The translations under genes and the position numbers were made by a program. The notes beneath the pieces were generated by a model that did not search any database, was not told the origin of the DNA, and saw only the letters and a program-made list of their open reading frames with translations. From Chrysomallon squamiferum (Eukaryota > Animalia > Mollusca), in contig CM022676.1 of assembly GCA_012295275.1 (NCBI GenBank), positions 1,178,001 through 1,242,000 on the forward strand: a stretch of 64,000 bases of DNA. The letters are read 5' to 3'. Below, piece after piece: positions 26,066-38,534 of the stretch (positions within the stretch are counted from its first letter, which is position 1; each line of letters starts with the position of its first letter).

Positions 26066-29000
26066 GAAAATTCATTTATAAATAAAGCATTTTGTTATTA
26101 AAATACTATTTGCTTATTTCTATTAACCAATAAAAAAATTAAATTTACTGAAAGCTAAAAAATCATTTTATCTTTGATGTGTTAATAAGTTTAATAAGTT
26201 TGGAACATTAAAACTTACATTAAATCATTTCTTTTTTTAATAATTGTATTATAATTATATAAAAATGGAACATGTTAAATAAAAAGAAATGTAAATGAAA
26301 TGTAAATTTTCCTTTATAATAAATAATAATAATTCGTAAAATTTAAAAACAATAATAAAAAATCAAAACATTAAAAATTAATAATTAGCTGTTAAAAAAA
26401 AAAAAATATATATATATATATATAAAAAAAACAAAAAAAAAAAAATGTTAATTTCCCATAATATAAATATAATAATTAAATATATTAACTCACTTTCCAT
26501 TTTCTTTTTGCGACGTCGAACAAAGTACAAGATGAGTCCAACATTAAGTGACAGCAGAAAGACACCAACAATACAAACAATAAGGATTATTATTATAGGA
26601 ACATCATCCTTGTCTTTCAGAGAAGATGCTGATATGTCTTCTGGTGGAGCAATGTCTGAAATTACAGAGTAAAAATACTATGATGATGGTAAGTAATGAA
26701 ACTAATGTTTCTCAGTAAACAAACAGACTGAAATTCACACATACGTTGTAAGTAAGAAATCAAACAATAAAGCTTCACTGAAAATATAATAATCTCATAT
26801 TTGTTCTCAAAAAGAAATCAGAATTCACCTTCTTTTATGTAGGAATTATGTAAATTTGATTGACAAATTAAAAAATAATCAAACAGAACAAAAACCAAAT
26901 CAAACAAGAGGAAAAAAGAAAAGAATTAATGTTGCTTTTGTACTAAATTAATATAAATAAATGCAAAAGTTGAAACTGTTATAAATAATTTTAATAATAA
27001 TAAAAGAAAATGTAAATAAAAGATTAAGTAACAACAATTCTTTTAATTGTTAACACTGGAACAAATATATTACAAAATCAGATAATTTTGTTTGTGAATG
27101 TATATATCTGTGTTATGTATGTGTGTGTGTCTGTGCATGTGTGCACACGTTCGTGTGTTGTATTATGTTGTTCTGCTGCATGTAGTGTCTATATGTTTGT
27201 ATGAAGATGTATTCGTATGTATATTTATCATGCTTGTGTGTTTGTGTAAATTTTATCAGGTATGGTATGAATATGTGTGAAAAGGACCATGCAGATTTTC
27301 TACAAAATAATTTTAAACAAGTCTCCTCAAAAGTATTTAAAAATAAATAATAACACAAAATATTATATATTTAACAATAACTTTAGGAAAGAATTAAAAC
27401 TGAAACAAAAAATGAAATGTTCATCTCACCAGTCTCATTAAAATTAAATGGCTTTTCAGCTGTTAAAAATTAAAATAAATGTTCAAGATGTTTTGAAATA
27501 TAAATGTTCAAGATGTTTTGAAATATAAATGTTTCAGTATTAAATTTTTTTTAAAATGTTACTTTTCTCAAAGATGAACAAAAAACAGAATAGAACAGAA
27601 TAGAACAGAATAGAAAAGAACAGAATAGAATAGAATAGAACAGGTCAGGAAGGTAATTACAAAACAAAATAAAAATAAATAATTCTGATTTTTATTTTTA
27701 ATGTTATGTTTCCTGGATGAGAAGGTTAACAGAACAGAAATCTTACTTGATGTCTTTGCCTTTATTATGTTTGGCTGGAAAATGCTTCTCCCTTTCTCAT
27801 TAAATGCTAACACAGTTATTTCATATTCCTGTCCTAGCTTCAGTCCTGCAAAAGTTTTAAACACTGTACGAATGTATTGACATTTATTACTGCTTTCTTC
27901 TGCACTTTTCTTTTGCTGTTACATTATAATGTTTTTTACTTTACAATTTATAAACACTACACATTTTACTTCTTCTTCTTTTTTTTTTTCTTAAATTTGG
28001 TAATGTTAGTTAGAGAAATAGGTATCACAAACCTGGTATAGTGAAAACTGAGGTCCCTGAAGAACTGATATCAATGTAGACAAAACCCCTTGCTCCAACC
28101 TGTCTATAGCGAACCTGAAAACTCTGGACAAGTCCACCATCAAAGCCAGGCTTCCATGATATTGTGATCGAGTTGTGTGTTGCATTAACAAACTGTATGT
28201 CATATGGTGGGTCTGGAGCACCTATAATTTGAAGAAAAAAACAAAGTAAAGATAACTAAAATTAAGTTGATTTTATTTTTACTTTCAATTTTAGTTTATA
28301 TTTAAAATATTTAAAATAAAATTCATTTTTTTAAATTTATTTTCACAGCTTACATTAAAAATATTCATAATAAAGTTGATTCTTTTAGATTTAAAATCAA
28401 AGTAATATTAAAAAACAGAAATAAAACAGGAGACAAAGCAAACTGAACAAGTAATTATAGAAACATTCTCACTTGTGCCATCTAAAACAATCTCAAATCT
28501 ATCAGTGCCCTTCTCATTGATAGCTGTGCACACATACAGGCCATAGTCAGCCTTCATCACATTCTTTATAATCAGCTCGTTGTGATAGTGGACCAGGTCC
28601 TTCTCCTTAGTTTTCACTGTGTACTTGCCAGTGGTCACATCCAGGAGCATCCCATTCTGTAAATATATTAACACATTACTTGTTATAATTACTAATAATC
28701 AGAAAATGTCATGTGCATTTGCATTCCATTCTGAAAACCTAATATTACCTAATATAATTACAAACAATCAGAAAATGCTGGGGGTTTTAAAGTAAGACAA
28801 CTCTTTCAAATTGTTTCCTGACACAAACGTAGTTACATCCCCAGTTATGTAAGATTTGTATACAGCCTAATGTTATCTTAAAACAATTTTGGATGATTTT
28901 ATACATATATATAATTTTATAATATAATGTTATTAAATAATAATCAATATGCTTGATTAATTATTAGACCCATGTCTTGTCAAAGACAGAGAAATTCTAT

Positions 29001-29550
29001 TATTTGCTTTAAAAAATCATTTAAAATATTTATGTATATGAAAAGTATTTATAAGTTAATCCCAATTATACCACATTTCCATTTAATTATAACAAAGATA
29101 CAAACAAATATACAATTATCTAGTTAACTGAAAAAGAAAAACATTTAAAACTATTTTACTTCATGGAAATCAGATTCTGAACTAATCATGTTAACAGATG
29201 ATAAATAAATGAATATGCACTGAAAGAGTAAGCACTGAACAGATATTACAGAAAATTAGAGAATATTCTAAATAGTAACTACTAACCTTAGACCAGCTGA
29301 ATGTTATGTTGGGTGCACCTTCAGCATTGCAGATAAGAATTCCTTTTGATTTCATTTCACTGGCTGCCTTGGCAAACTGTGGTGATTTGTCAATGTAGGG
29401 AGGATCTTTTGAAATAACAATGTAGCATTGCTAATGATAATATTTTGGCTATTTTGAATAAGTTATGCAAAATGCCATCATAAATTATGATGATTTGTAA
29501 ATTAACATAAAAAATATCACAATTTAAGTGAAAACAACAAAATCTCTCTC

Positions 29551-29598
<48 letters not shown>

Positions 29599-32500
29599 TA
29601 TATATATATATACACACAATAAATAACTTACATTTTCATCATAAATCAATAATGGTTAATAAATTAATTAAAAATTGCAATACTCACAGTGAACCTGAAA
29701 CAACATTGATATGATACACATTAAAAACAAAAATCAAAATGACAATAAAAGACTCACATTTGACAATTAACGTTGCCTTCTTAGAGGCTGGTTTTCCAAT
29801 TCTGTTATCTGCTGTACACTTAAACACTCCAGTATCTGTTCTCTTCAGGTCATACACTGTCAGATAGGCCTTGCCTTTCTCGATAGTCTGTTTGGTTTTA
29901 CTCATATCATAGTCATCACGTGACCATGACACCAGATTCTTAACCATTGGGTTGGCATTAGCAACACATTCAAAAAATGCAGTTCCACCTTCATCCTCCA
30001 TCACAGATGATGTGATTCTCGTTATAGTAGCTTCATCTAGAAAATAGCAAGAAATATATGAAATTATACATTTATCTGTTATATCTACAGTAAATAAATT
30101 TTTATAAGGACTTTTCTTTTCCAATTTAAATCTAATCAGAGTGAATTAATAAAAATAAAAACAAAACTAAACCTGGTGTAAATTAAGTACAGGTACCAAA
30201 CCATTTATCCAGCTTCCAGAAATCTAGAAAATCCAGAAAACCTGCTTTTTGGTTTAAACTGGCTACTTTTGAATTAGGCATGCTTTTATTTAGTTCTGTA
30301 ATGTGACAGTATTGCTGTATACAGTAAATCCTATCACAATAAGTTATGGTTTCAGTTTATTCTCATTTTCATTTATTGTACTGTAAAAAAAACTTGCAGA
30401 AATGCAACTTACTAGTGAAAACTGCAGGTATTTTAACAATTTAAAATGAATTACTAAAGATCAGACAGTCACTGCTTTAGAAGTGTATTAATTTGTGTCT
30501 GCTAAATACAATTTCATTGTTTATTTTTCACTGTTTATTTTATTTTTAAGTAAAGATTTAATCTGGAACACCTCTGGTCAAATAAATGGTTTAGTAGGTA
30601 GAAGAAAACAGTTTACATTAATAAAACAAATTGATTTAAAAAAAAACTTACATCTAACATTGATGGTAAAGTTATAATCTGTAGTTCCTTCTTTGTTAGT
30701 GGCTCTCATTGTGAAGTTTCCTTTATCTGTTTTTCTAATCCTTGTGATGTTCAGTATCCCATTGACCAGTTTGAATCTGGGAATGTCGCTGGTCATTGTG
30801 AGCTTCACACCCTCATGAAACATCTCGTATTTCATTGCCGCTGGGTTGCCATATGCTGTATAATTCAGACTCCTGCTTTCACCAGCCACCATTACTACCT
30901 TCTTTGGTGATACAGCAGGGTTAAACTCTGGTTTAACTGAAACAAACATAATATCAAAAATAAAAATTTCTCTCTCAAATCTATATTCAGATTATGGAAT
31001 TCTGGATTGTTTTGTTCTTTTTCATTTGAAAAATAAAAAAAAAAAAAGAATTATGACTGGAAGTTTAATATCAATATTCAGTTTAAATATGTTAGTTTAA
31101 TAATAGATTATGGAGCTTTGGTTGTTTGTTATTTTCCTTATGACACTGAAGCTAAGCTACAGCTTCACTTAAAAAAATTAAATATTATATTAAAATAAAA
31201 TAAAACAAAAGTTTAAATTATTGTAACTGAAAGTTTAGCGTTCAGTTTGTGACATCATATGGAATTAATATTTGACTGTGTTCATAAAACACTTTGTTTC
31301 ACTTACATAAAACTTGTAACGTCAAAGCATCAGTTACAGCTCGTCCAAACATGGCATTTGTAGCTCTACAGCCATAATAAGAATTGTGGTCATCTGAGAC
31401 AGGAATAAACTCCAGGACATTTGTTGTTGACCAGCCACCATTTTCAGCTTCCACTGATCCCCGATTTGTTCCTCGGATGTCTCTCCCATCACGAATCCAT
31501 GTTATATCTGCAGCTGGATTGCTGGACGCACAGACACAAGTCAGATTCATCATCTCACCAACCCTCGGCTCATCTGGCCAGGCAGTAATAGCAACAGATG
31601 CAGGCGGGACTGAAAATAGTTCAGTCATAGATAATGTACATAATGGAAACACCCTCATTTTTACAAACACATGCAAGTGCAAATATAGTAAAATCTCAAT
31701 GACCTAACCTCTCTTACTTGTGATTTCAGTTATTATTATAACAATTTTTGTTTTTAAGTTTCCTGTTACAAAAACAGGTTTAAATTAATTAACATAAATA
31801 AAGAAACACCAAATTTTACTGTACTTTAAATATTATATGGCAAATAAAAAAATACTCACAAAGAACAGTCAAATTAACTGAGGTTTCCAGTGGGGTTGGG
31901 GTGGCATCATTTGATGCAGTACACTTGAAGGAAGCACCATTATCACTTGCCTTGACCACAACAGCTATCTCAGCTGAAGCGATGTTACCCATTACCTTAT
32001 TTTCTGAGGGTATCTTAACATCTCCTGAAGAAACAAAGGAAAAAAAAAATCTAAATTATTTCAGCAGTGTAGAGAAGATTCTTCCTTTACTATAAATAAT
32101 GTTTTCTGAGGGAATCTCAACTTCTCCTGAAAAAAATGTTAAAACAAAATGTGAATATATCTCTGTCAAAGTAGATGCTTTCTAAACCATAGGAAGATGA
32201 ATTCTGAGGTATTCTTTACAATCTTGTAAAAAAAGAGATTTTAAAAAATTAAGAATTATTTCCCCCAGTATAAAGCTGTCAAAGCAGATTCTTTCTGAAC
32301 TACAGGAAAATAAATTATAAATAATGTTTAACTGCTAATTTGAAATAACTCATGAATGAGGACTGTGGATTTTGTTTCAGTTAAAAATTTGCATCAATGA
32401 CAAAGCATATCTTTTCTTAACCACATGAAGATTAATTGTAAATAATGATTATGATATGATCTGAAATAGCTCATGAAATGGTAATGGATTTCCCTTCAGA

Positions 32501-34227
32501 CAATTTACACACACTTGTTAAGAGCACTCATAATCTGAAAACATCATTGCTTATGACAGTCCTGAAAAGATGATCTGCCTCTGATACAATGTCTGAACAT
32601 CTATTTATTGAAAATATGATAAAGAAATAATTAATCTTTATCTTGAGCATGAACTAAATATCAGACTAGATATTTCAGTTGAGTTAAGAATGATAACCTA
32701 CCTTTATACCACTTTATAGTGGCAAGAGGGTTTCCTCCTACAGCTAAACAGTTCATTCTCTCAACTTCTCCTGCCTTGATTGGAGCACCCTCTGTGTATC
32801 CAGATATCACAGGTGCCCTTGGAGGATCTAAACAAAATTTCAAATACCATTAATAATAATAGTAATAATAATAATAATAAAATTAAAATTATAAAATAAA
32901 GTGCTTATACTCTATATGTATGTGTGTGTGTTGGGGGATTACATTCTTTAAGTTTTCAATTTACCATATACTCTATATGTATGTATGTGTGTTGGGGGGA
33001 TTACATTCTTTAAGTTTTCAATTTACCATAATCATAGTTAACATACTATAGCTAATTTACAAACTTTCAGGATCATTTACAAAATGGCATATTTATATAA
33101 GTACGTATAATTTTTTTAATTTATTTATTTATTTTTTGATGATTTCCTGTTATCAGCCTTATGTGATTTACTCAAACCTCAGAAGTAAGATTATACAAGT
33201 GTTCATTTTTTATGATATTAAAAATATGAACTGAAAACAATTTCTATTTTATATTTTCATTATTCACAACTGTACATTAAAATTGTTTAATATTCATTTG
33301 TTCATGTGGAAATAGGGTCACTACATAAAGCATGATGTGTTTTTTAAAATTAAAAACATAGATTGAAAACAATTTTAAATTTATATTATCAGTAGTTATA
33401 TTCACAAATGAATAGTAAAATAGGTTTAATGTCTATTGTGGAGCTAAGTGTGAGTTTTAAACTTGGACTGAAATAAAGAACTTACAGAGTACACTCAGAG
33501 TGACAGTGTCAGCCACATTCTGCCCCAGGGCTGTGTTTGTAGCCTGGCAGGTATACACCAGGTTGTGATCCTGATCAGACAGCCTCACTTTCACTGTGGA
33601 CACGGATATAAAACCACCATCAGGCGATGGTGTAACCTTTGTGTTGGCTTCTGGCAACTGCCGCCCTCGGGCAAACCAGGTAATGACAGCTGCAGGGTTG
33701 CTGTTTGAAGACACACATGTAAGTTTGACTGTTTCCCCAGCCTTCTTGGGACTTTCTCCACCTGTTATTGTCACCTTGCTAGGAGGAACTGAAATAAATA
33801 AAAATAAAATAATAAAAATTGTGTGAAAGAAAAATATCTGAAACAAATGGTTTCATGATTTCATTCTTCTGAAGTCCAGCAACAAATTCAACCACTAAAT
33901 AAAAGAACAAAAGAAAAATTAATCTGAAGTTATTTCAAATATTTAGACATATTTACATTTCTGTAAACTGAGTTTTCTTCAATAAATAAAGAGCCAAACA
34001 AATAAATTTATGATAAATTCAGTCAAAATTTGGAATATCTTTATGTAATAATTCCAGAGATCTGATTCTAATTATTTCACCATATGCGAAGATATCAGGT
34101 GATAACATATAATGATGCACAAACTGAAATACAAAGAAATAATTAGCTTAGATTTAAATAGTTCGATAACATTAAACTATTATTCTTTTTTTTTTCCATT
34201 TTCTTTTGGTGTGTGTGTGTTTCTAGT

Positions 34228-34258
<31 letters not shown>

Positions 34259-35128
34259 ATTTTTCTTTCTACAAATAAAAGAAATGCAGTTTAAAAAGAA
34301 CAAACCAATATTGCTTAATTATCTCTTTCTGAAATTCTATTTACAGTAAAAGCCTCAAAATGCTGAAGCAGTTAACATCATTTCTGAATAATGGACTAAC
34401 CATATTTGTTGTGTATGGTTATAAAATATATTGTTTTATCTGTTTTTCTCATAAAACTTTGGTAATAAGTTTTCACTTTACATATGTTCACTGGTAATAT
34501 TTAGCCAATTATATATCATTAAATTAACATAAAGATCATAAATTCTACCTAATCTTATTTTGAAACTGACAATGTATTAAAGTGAACTACTGCTAACACG
34601 AGCAATGATTTAAATATCTCTATACTTCTATTTATTTTGTTTTCTTTTTTCTTTTGTTTTCCATCTAATCTTTATTAATAACAAAATATAACAAGATGAA
34701 TGATGAAGAATAAAATCTTCACAGAAACAAAATAAAAAAATAAAAAAATTAAATAAATCTGTTTGCATATATGCAGTTATGCATGATTCTAATTGTGAAG
34801 GGGTAAAATAGCAACATTCACATATTTTGTAACAGTATATATTTACTGTCATACAATAAAACTACAAAATAATAACTTGGAAATCTAAAAAAAATTTTCT
34901 TACACCATATGTCCATACTGTCACTGTAATGTTATATTAACTGTCAGTTTGGTTAGTGTGGTAATATGATTTGCTAAATACAAAGCTGTATCATTTTCAG
35001 TAAAAGTAAAAACATTTAAATTACAAAACCTCAATGCCATATTTATATCCATTTGTTCTCTTTCTCCTTAAATTTAAAGCTTTATTGTAGAATCAATTAT
35101 ATTTATTTTGAACAAAACATTAAAAAGC

Positions 35129-35159
<31 letters not shown>

Positions 35160-35550
35160 AATATATAAAATAAAATAAAATAAAATAAAATAAAGAATAA
35201 AAGAACTAAAAAAAAAGAAAAAAGCAAAAAAAGCAAAAGGACACTCAAAAACCATTCCCACTATTTAAATGCCCTTTTTCTCAACTATTTTCCCAATACT
35301 ATAAAGCAGTATGGTGTACAATGAAGCCAGTCATTCATAAACTGCATGCAAGCATGTGTATGTCTGATGGAACCCTTTAGAGTTAATCATTATTATCAAA
35401 AGGTATTTGGAATGACCAGCTATTTATTTTCATGATTTAATTCTGTATAAAAGAGTAAATCACTAAAAATAATAGAAATTAGGAAATTCAAATAAATGCT
35501 CAAAACTCAGTTCTTAAAATAATGGCACTTTTTATCGGTTATGTAAAAAC

Positions 35551-35615
<65 letters not shown>

Positions 35616-38089
35616 CAAAAAATAATAACGATCACTGAATAAAAATATGAACAAATAATAAATATCAAAAAAAAATAAAGAAGTAAAGCATTTTTTGATG
35701 AATAAAATGGTGAAACAAAAATTTCTTTCACTTCACAAAAAACTTCTTTCAAGTCCTAAAATGGAGAAATAACTGTTTTCAATGTTCAAAAGTAGAAACA
35801 AGAATGTACAAAACCATCTTGTTTTTATACAGAAAATGTAGTAAAAATTGTAGAAAAAAAAGAATTTAGTTAAAAAACAAAAACAACAAAAACAAAACAA
35901 ACAACAAAACAGGAATGTAAAAAGAATACAAAAATTAAAAATGTTTAATGTACAAAATAAAGAAACGTATATATTTAGCAAGTTTTTAATGTACTAGAAG
36001 TAGTTAACACTAAAATATAAAATAACAAATAATTTAACTCAGCAAAAATAATGTAATTTGGAAATGTAAATAATCTGATTTTGAAAATCTCACCGTAACT
36101 AACATTTTTTGCTACAATAGAATCTAAAATAATAATAAAATGTTATTTAAAACAATAATTAACACTATAAACAAACAAATATTTAAAGTTTAATATTTAT
36201 CTTTACTGGTTTTATATTGTCACTACACTGTGGCTACACCATATTATAAATTTAAAAATATATTAATTTGATTGAAAGAATGATATTAAAAATTAAATTT
36301 TATCTATTACTTTCTTTTTATTATTATAAGTATTTATACAGATATAGATACAGATATAATGAAAATAAAATGCAGATCAAACAAATGAAATAAAAATTTT
36401 TAAATTAAATGAAACCTTTATAGTGAAATAAATTTTAAAATGTTAGCAACTCTTACCAATGGTAATATTTTCTGTAGCTAGAAATTCTATAATGATAATG
36501 ATAATAATGAGATTAATGTTACAATTAAATAAATAATATGAACAAATCAAAAATACTATTATTAATCCATCTAAATACTCTTTTATTTATTATTTTTATT
36601 TTATTTTTTACCTTTTTAAATATGATCAAATTAAATTACTTAAAACTATCACAACCATAAAATATATCACTATAATTAAGTAATGTGATCAACGAAATAA
36701 TTGGAATAAAAAATAAATAAAAAGTGAACACAGTATTTAACATAGTTGTTTTACTATTTATATGATTCTGTCTCTTGGTAATAGTACATTGCTTAAGAAA
36801 TAATAAAATAAAAATAAATAAAAATCAAATAACAAAAAATCAATTGCAGAGTTAAAACTGCTGTGGAAGTCTCCATGGACCACCTGACTGCAGCAGATGA
36901 GAAGTATTCTACACAAATTTCTCTTCACTTTAATAATTTATTGTTTCAGTTACCATGAGTCTGAAGTTATTTATAAGTCACATAAGAAAATTAAAATAAA
37001 ATAAAACATATTTTATTTAAAATATTTAGTTTTTTCTAATTTCAAATAAATAAATAAATAAATAAACCAATCTTTTAATGAAGGAAATTTAAATATTTAA
37101 AGAAACTTTTTCCTTACCAAAAGTGGTATTTTCAGGAAAATATAAACCTAGAATGAAACATTTTATATACTGTACATTTGAAATCATTATCAACCTGAAA
37201 AGTAGCAATATTTAAAGTGACATTTGAAGTCATATATATATTGAACTACTATATATACTAATATATATACTAAAAAAAGTACAAAAAAAACCCTTAAGAT
37301 TATTTTTATAATGAACAATAAACAAAACCACTTTGCCTACAGCTAATTTAGGTAAAAAGAACCACAGTTGTGAGCTGTATTTATAACAACTTTAAAAATG
37401 TTGTGCTGACTCTGCAAATTATAAATTCTTACACTATTCTAAAACAATGATTGCTGTCTTTCTGAGCTGAAGAATTTCCTAATAAAAAATCATTTAAAAG
37501 AAATATTAATTTTAATCAGAAAACATTTCTGTTAAATAACATTTTTTTTTCTCACTTTTTTAAGAGACACACACACACACACTTCTTTTTAATTTATACC
37601 TAATTATTATATATTTGATTAGATATTAAATATGCAAGCCAAATCCATAATTATAAATCTTTTGTCAATAAAGAAACAAAGAAACAAGAAAACAAATGAA
37701 AGGGTCAAAACTAATTTCAAGTTTTAATATGACATTTGAAAATAATTCTTTAAAATACACATACTGAAAAAAACAAAACAACAAAAAACAAAATCAAACT
37801 CAAGTCAAAATACAAAGATAAGAAAAACACAACAAAAAAAAACAGTACTTGATTGGATCATTAGTTTTACACCTCTTTAGCGGATGTTTTTAGACAGTTT
37901 GCAAAAAAAAAAAAAAAAATCATACAAAAAAAAAAATAAATAAAAAATAATTATTAAAACAAAAATATTCCATTTACTAACTACACATACCTTTGATGAC
38001 TGTTAAGGCATAAACCAGAAACAAATATATTTTCTGCACATAAATTTAATAATGACTTCTGTTGTATTTATATAAAAGCAAATTAAAAA

Positions 38090-38121
<32 letters not shown>

Positions 38122-38348
38122 ATTCAGGTGATATTAAAAAGAAAAAAATAACCAAAGTATTTTCAACAGTTCTCACCAACTAAAATTTTTCTGATCTCCT
38201 CTTCTGTCAATTTTATGAATAACCAAGAAAATAAATAAATAAAATATGAAACATTACATTTTAGGTGGCAGGAACATTCTCAGAGAAAAATCTGTACATG
38301 AATATAAACATAACATGAACAAAAGCAACATAAATAAATATTCACTTG

Positions 38349-38380
<32 letters not shown>

Positions 38381-38502
38381 GTGAGAAAATTAATATTTAC
38401 AATTTAATTTAAACATTAACAATTGCATAACAGAGACATTTTATATATTTATTTTAAAAATAATCCAAATTCATCATTAATCATTTATTTTAATGACTGA
38501 TA

Positions 38503-38534
<32 letters not shown>

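Noticed and set aside
31384-33826. Plus-strand ORFs at 31384, 31901 and 33596
   Set aside because: Antisense shadows of nephrin Ig exons.
34482-37438. Further AG...GT mini-cassettes in the Ig3-Ig4 intron (9 nt at 34482, 14/20 nt at 34904, 7 nt at 36954, 6 nt at 37433)
   Set aside because: Frame-shifting, stop-containing or weak-donor candidates. They show that chance matches occur, so the 9-nt cassette C has lower confidence.
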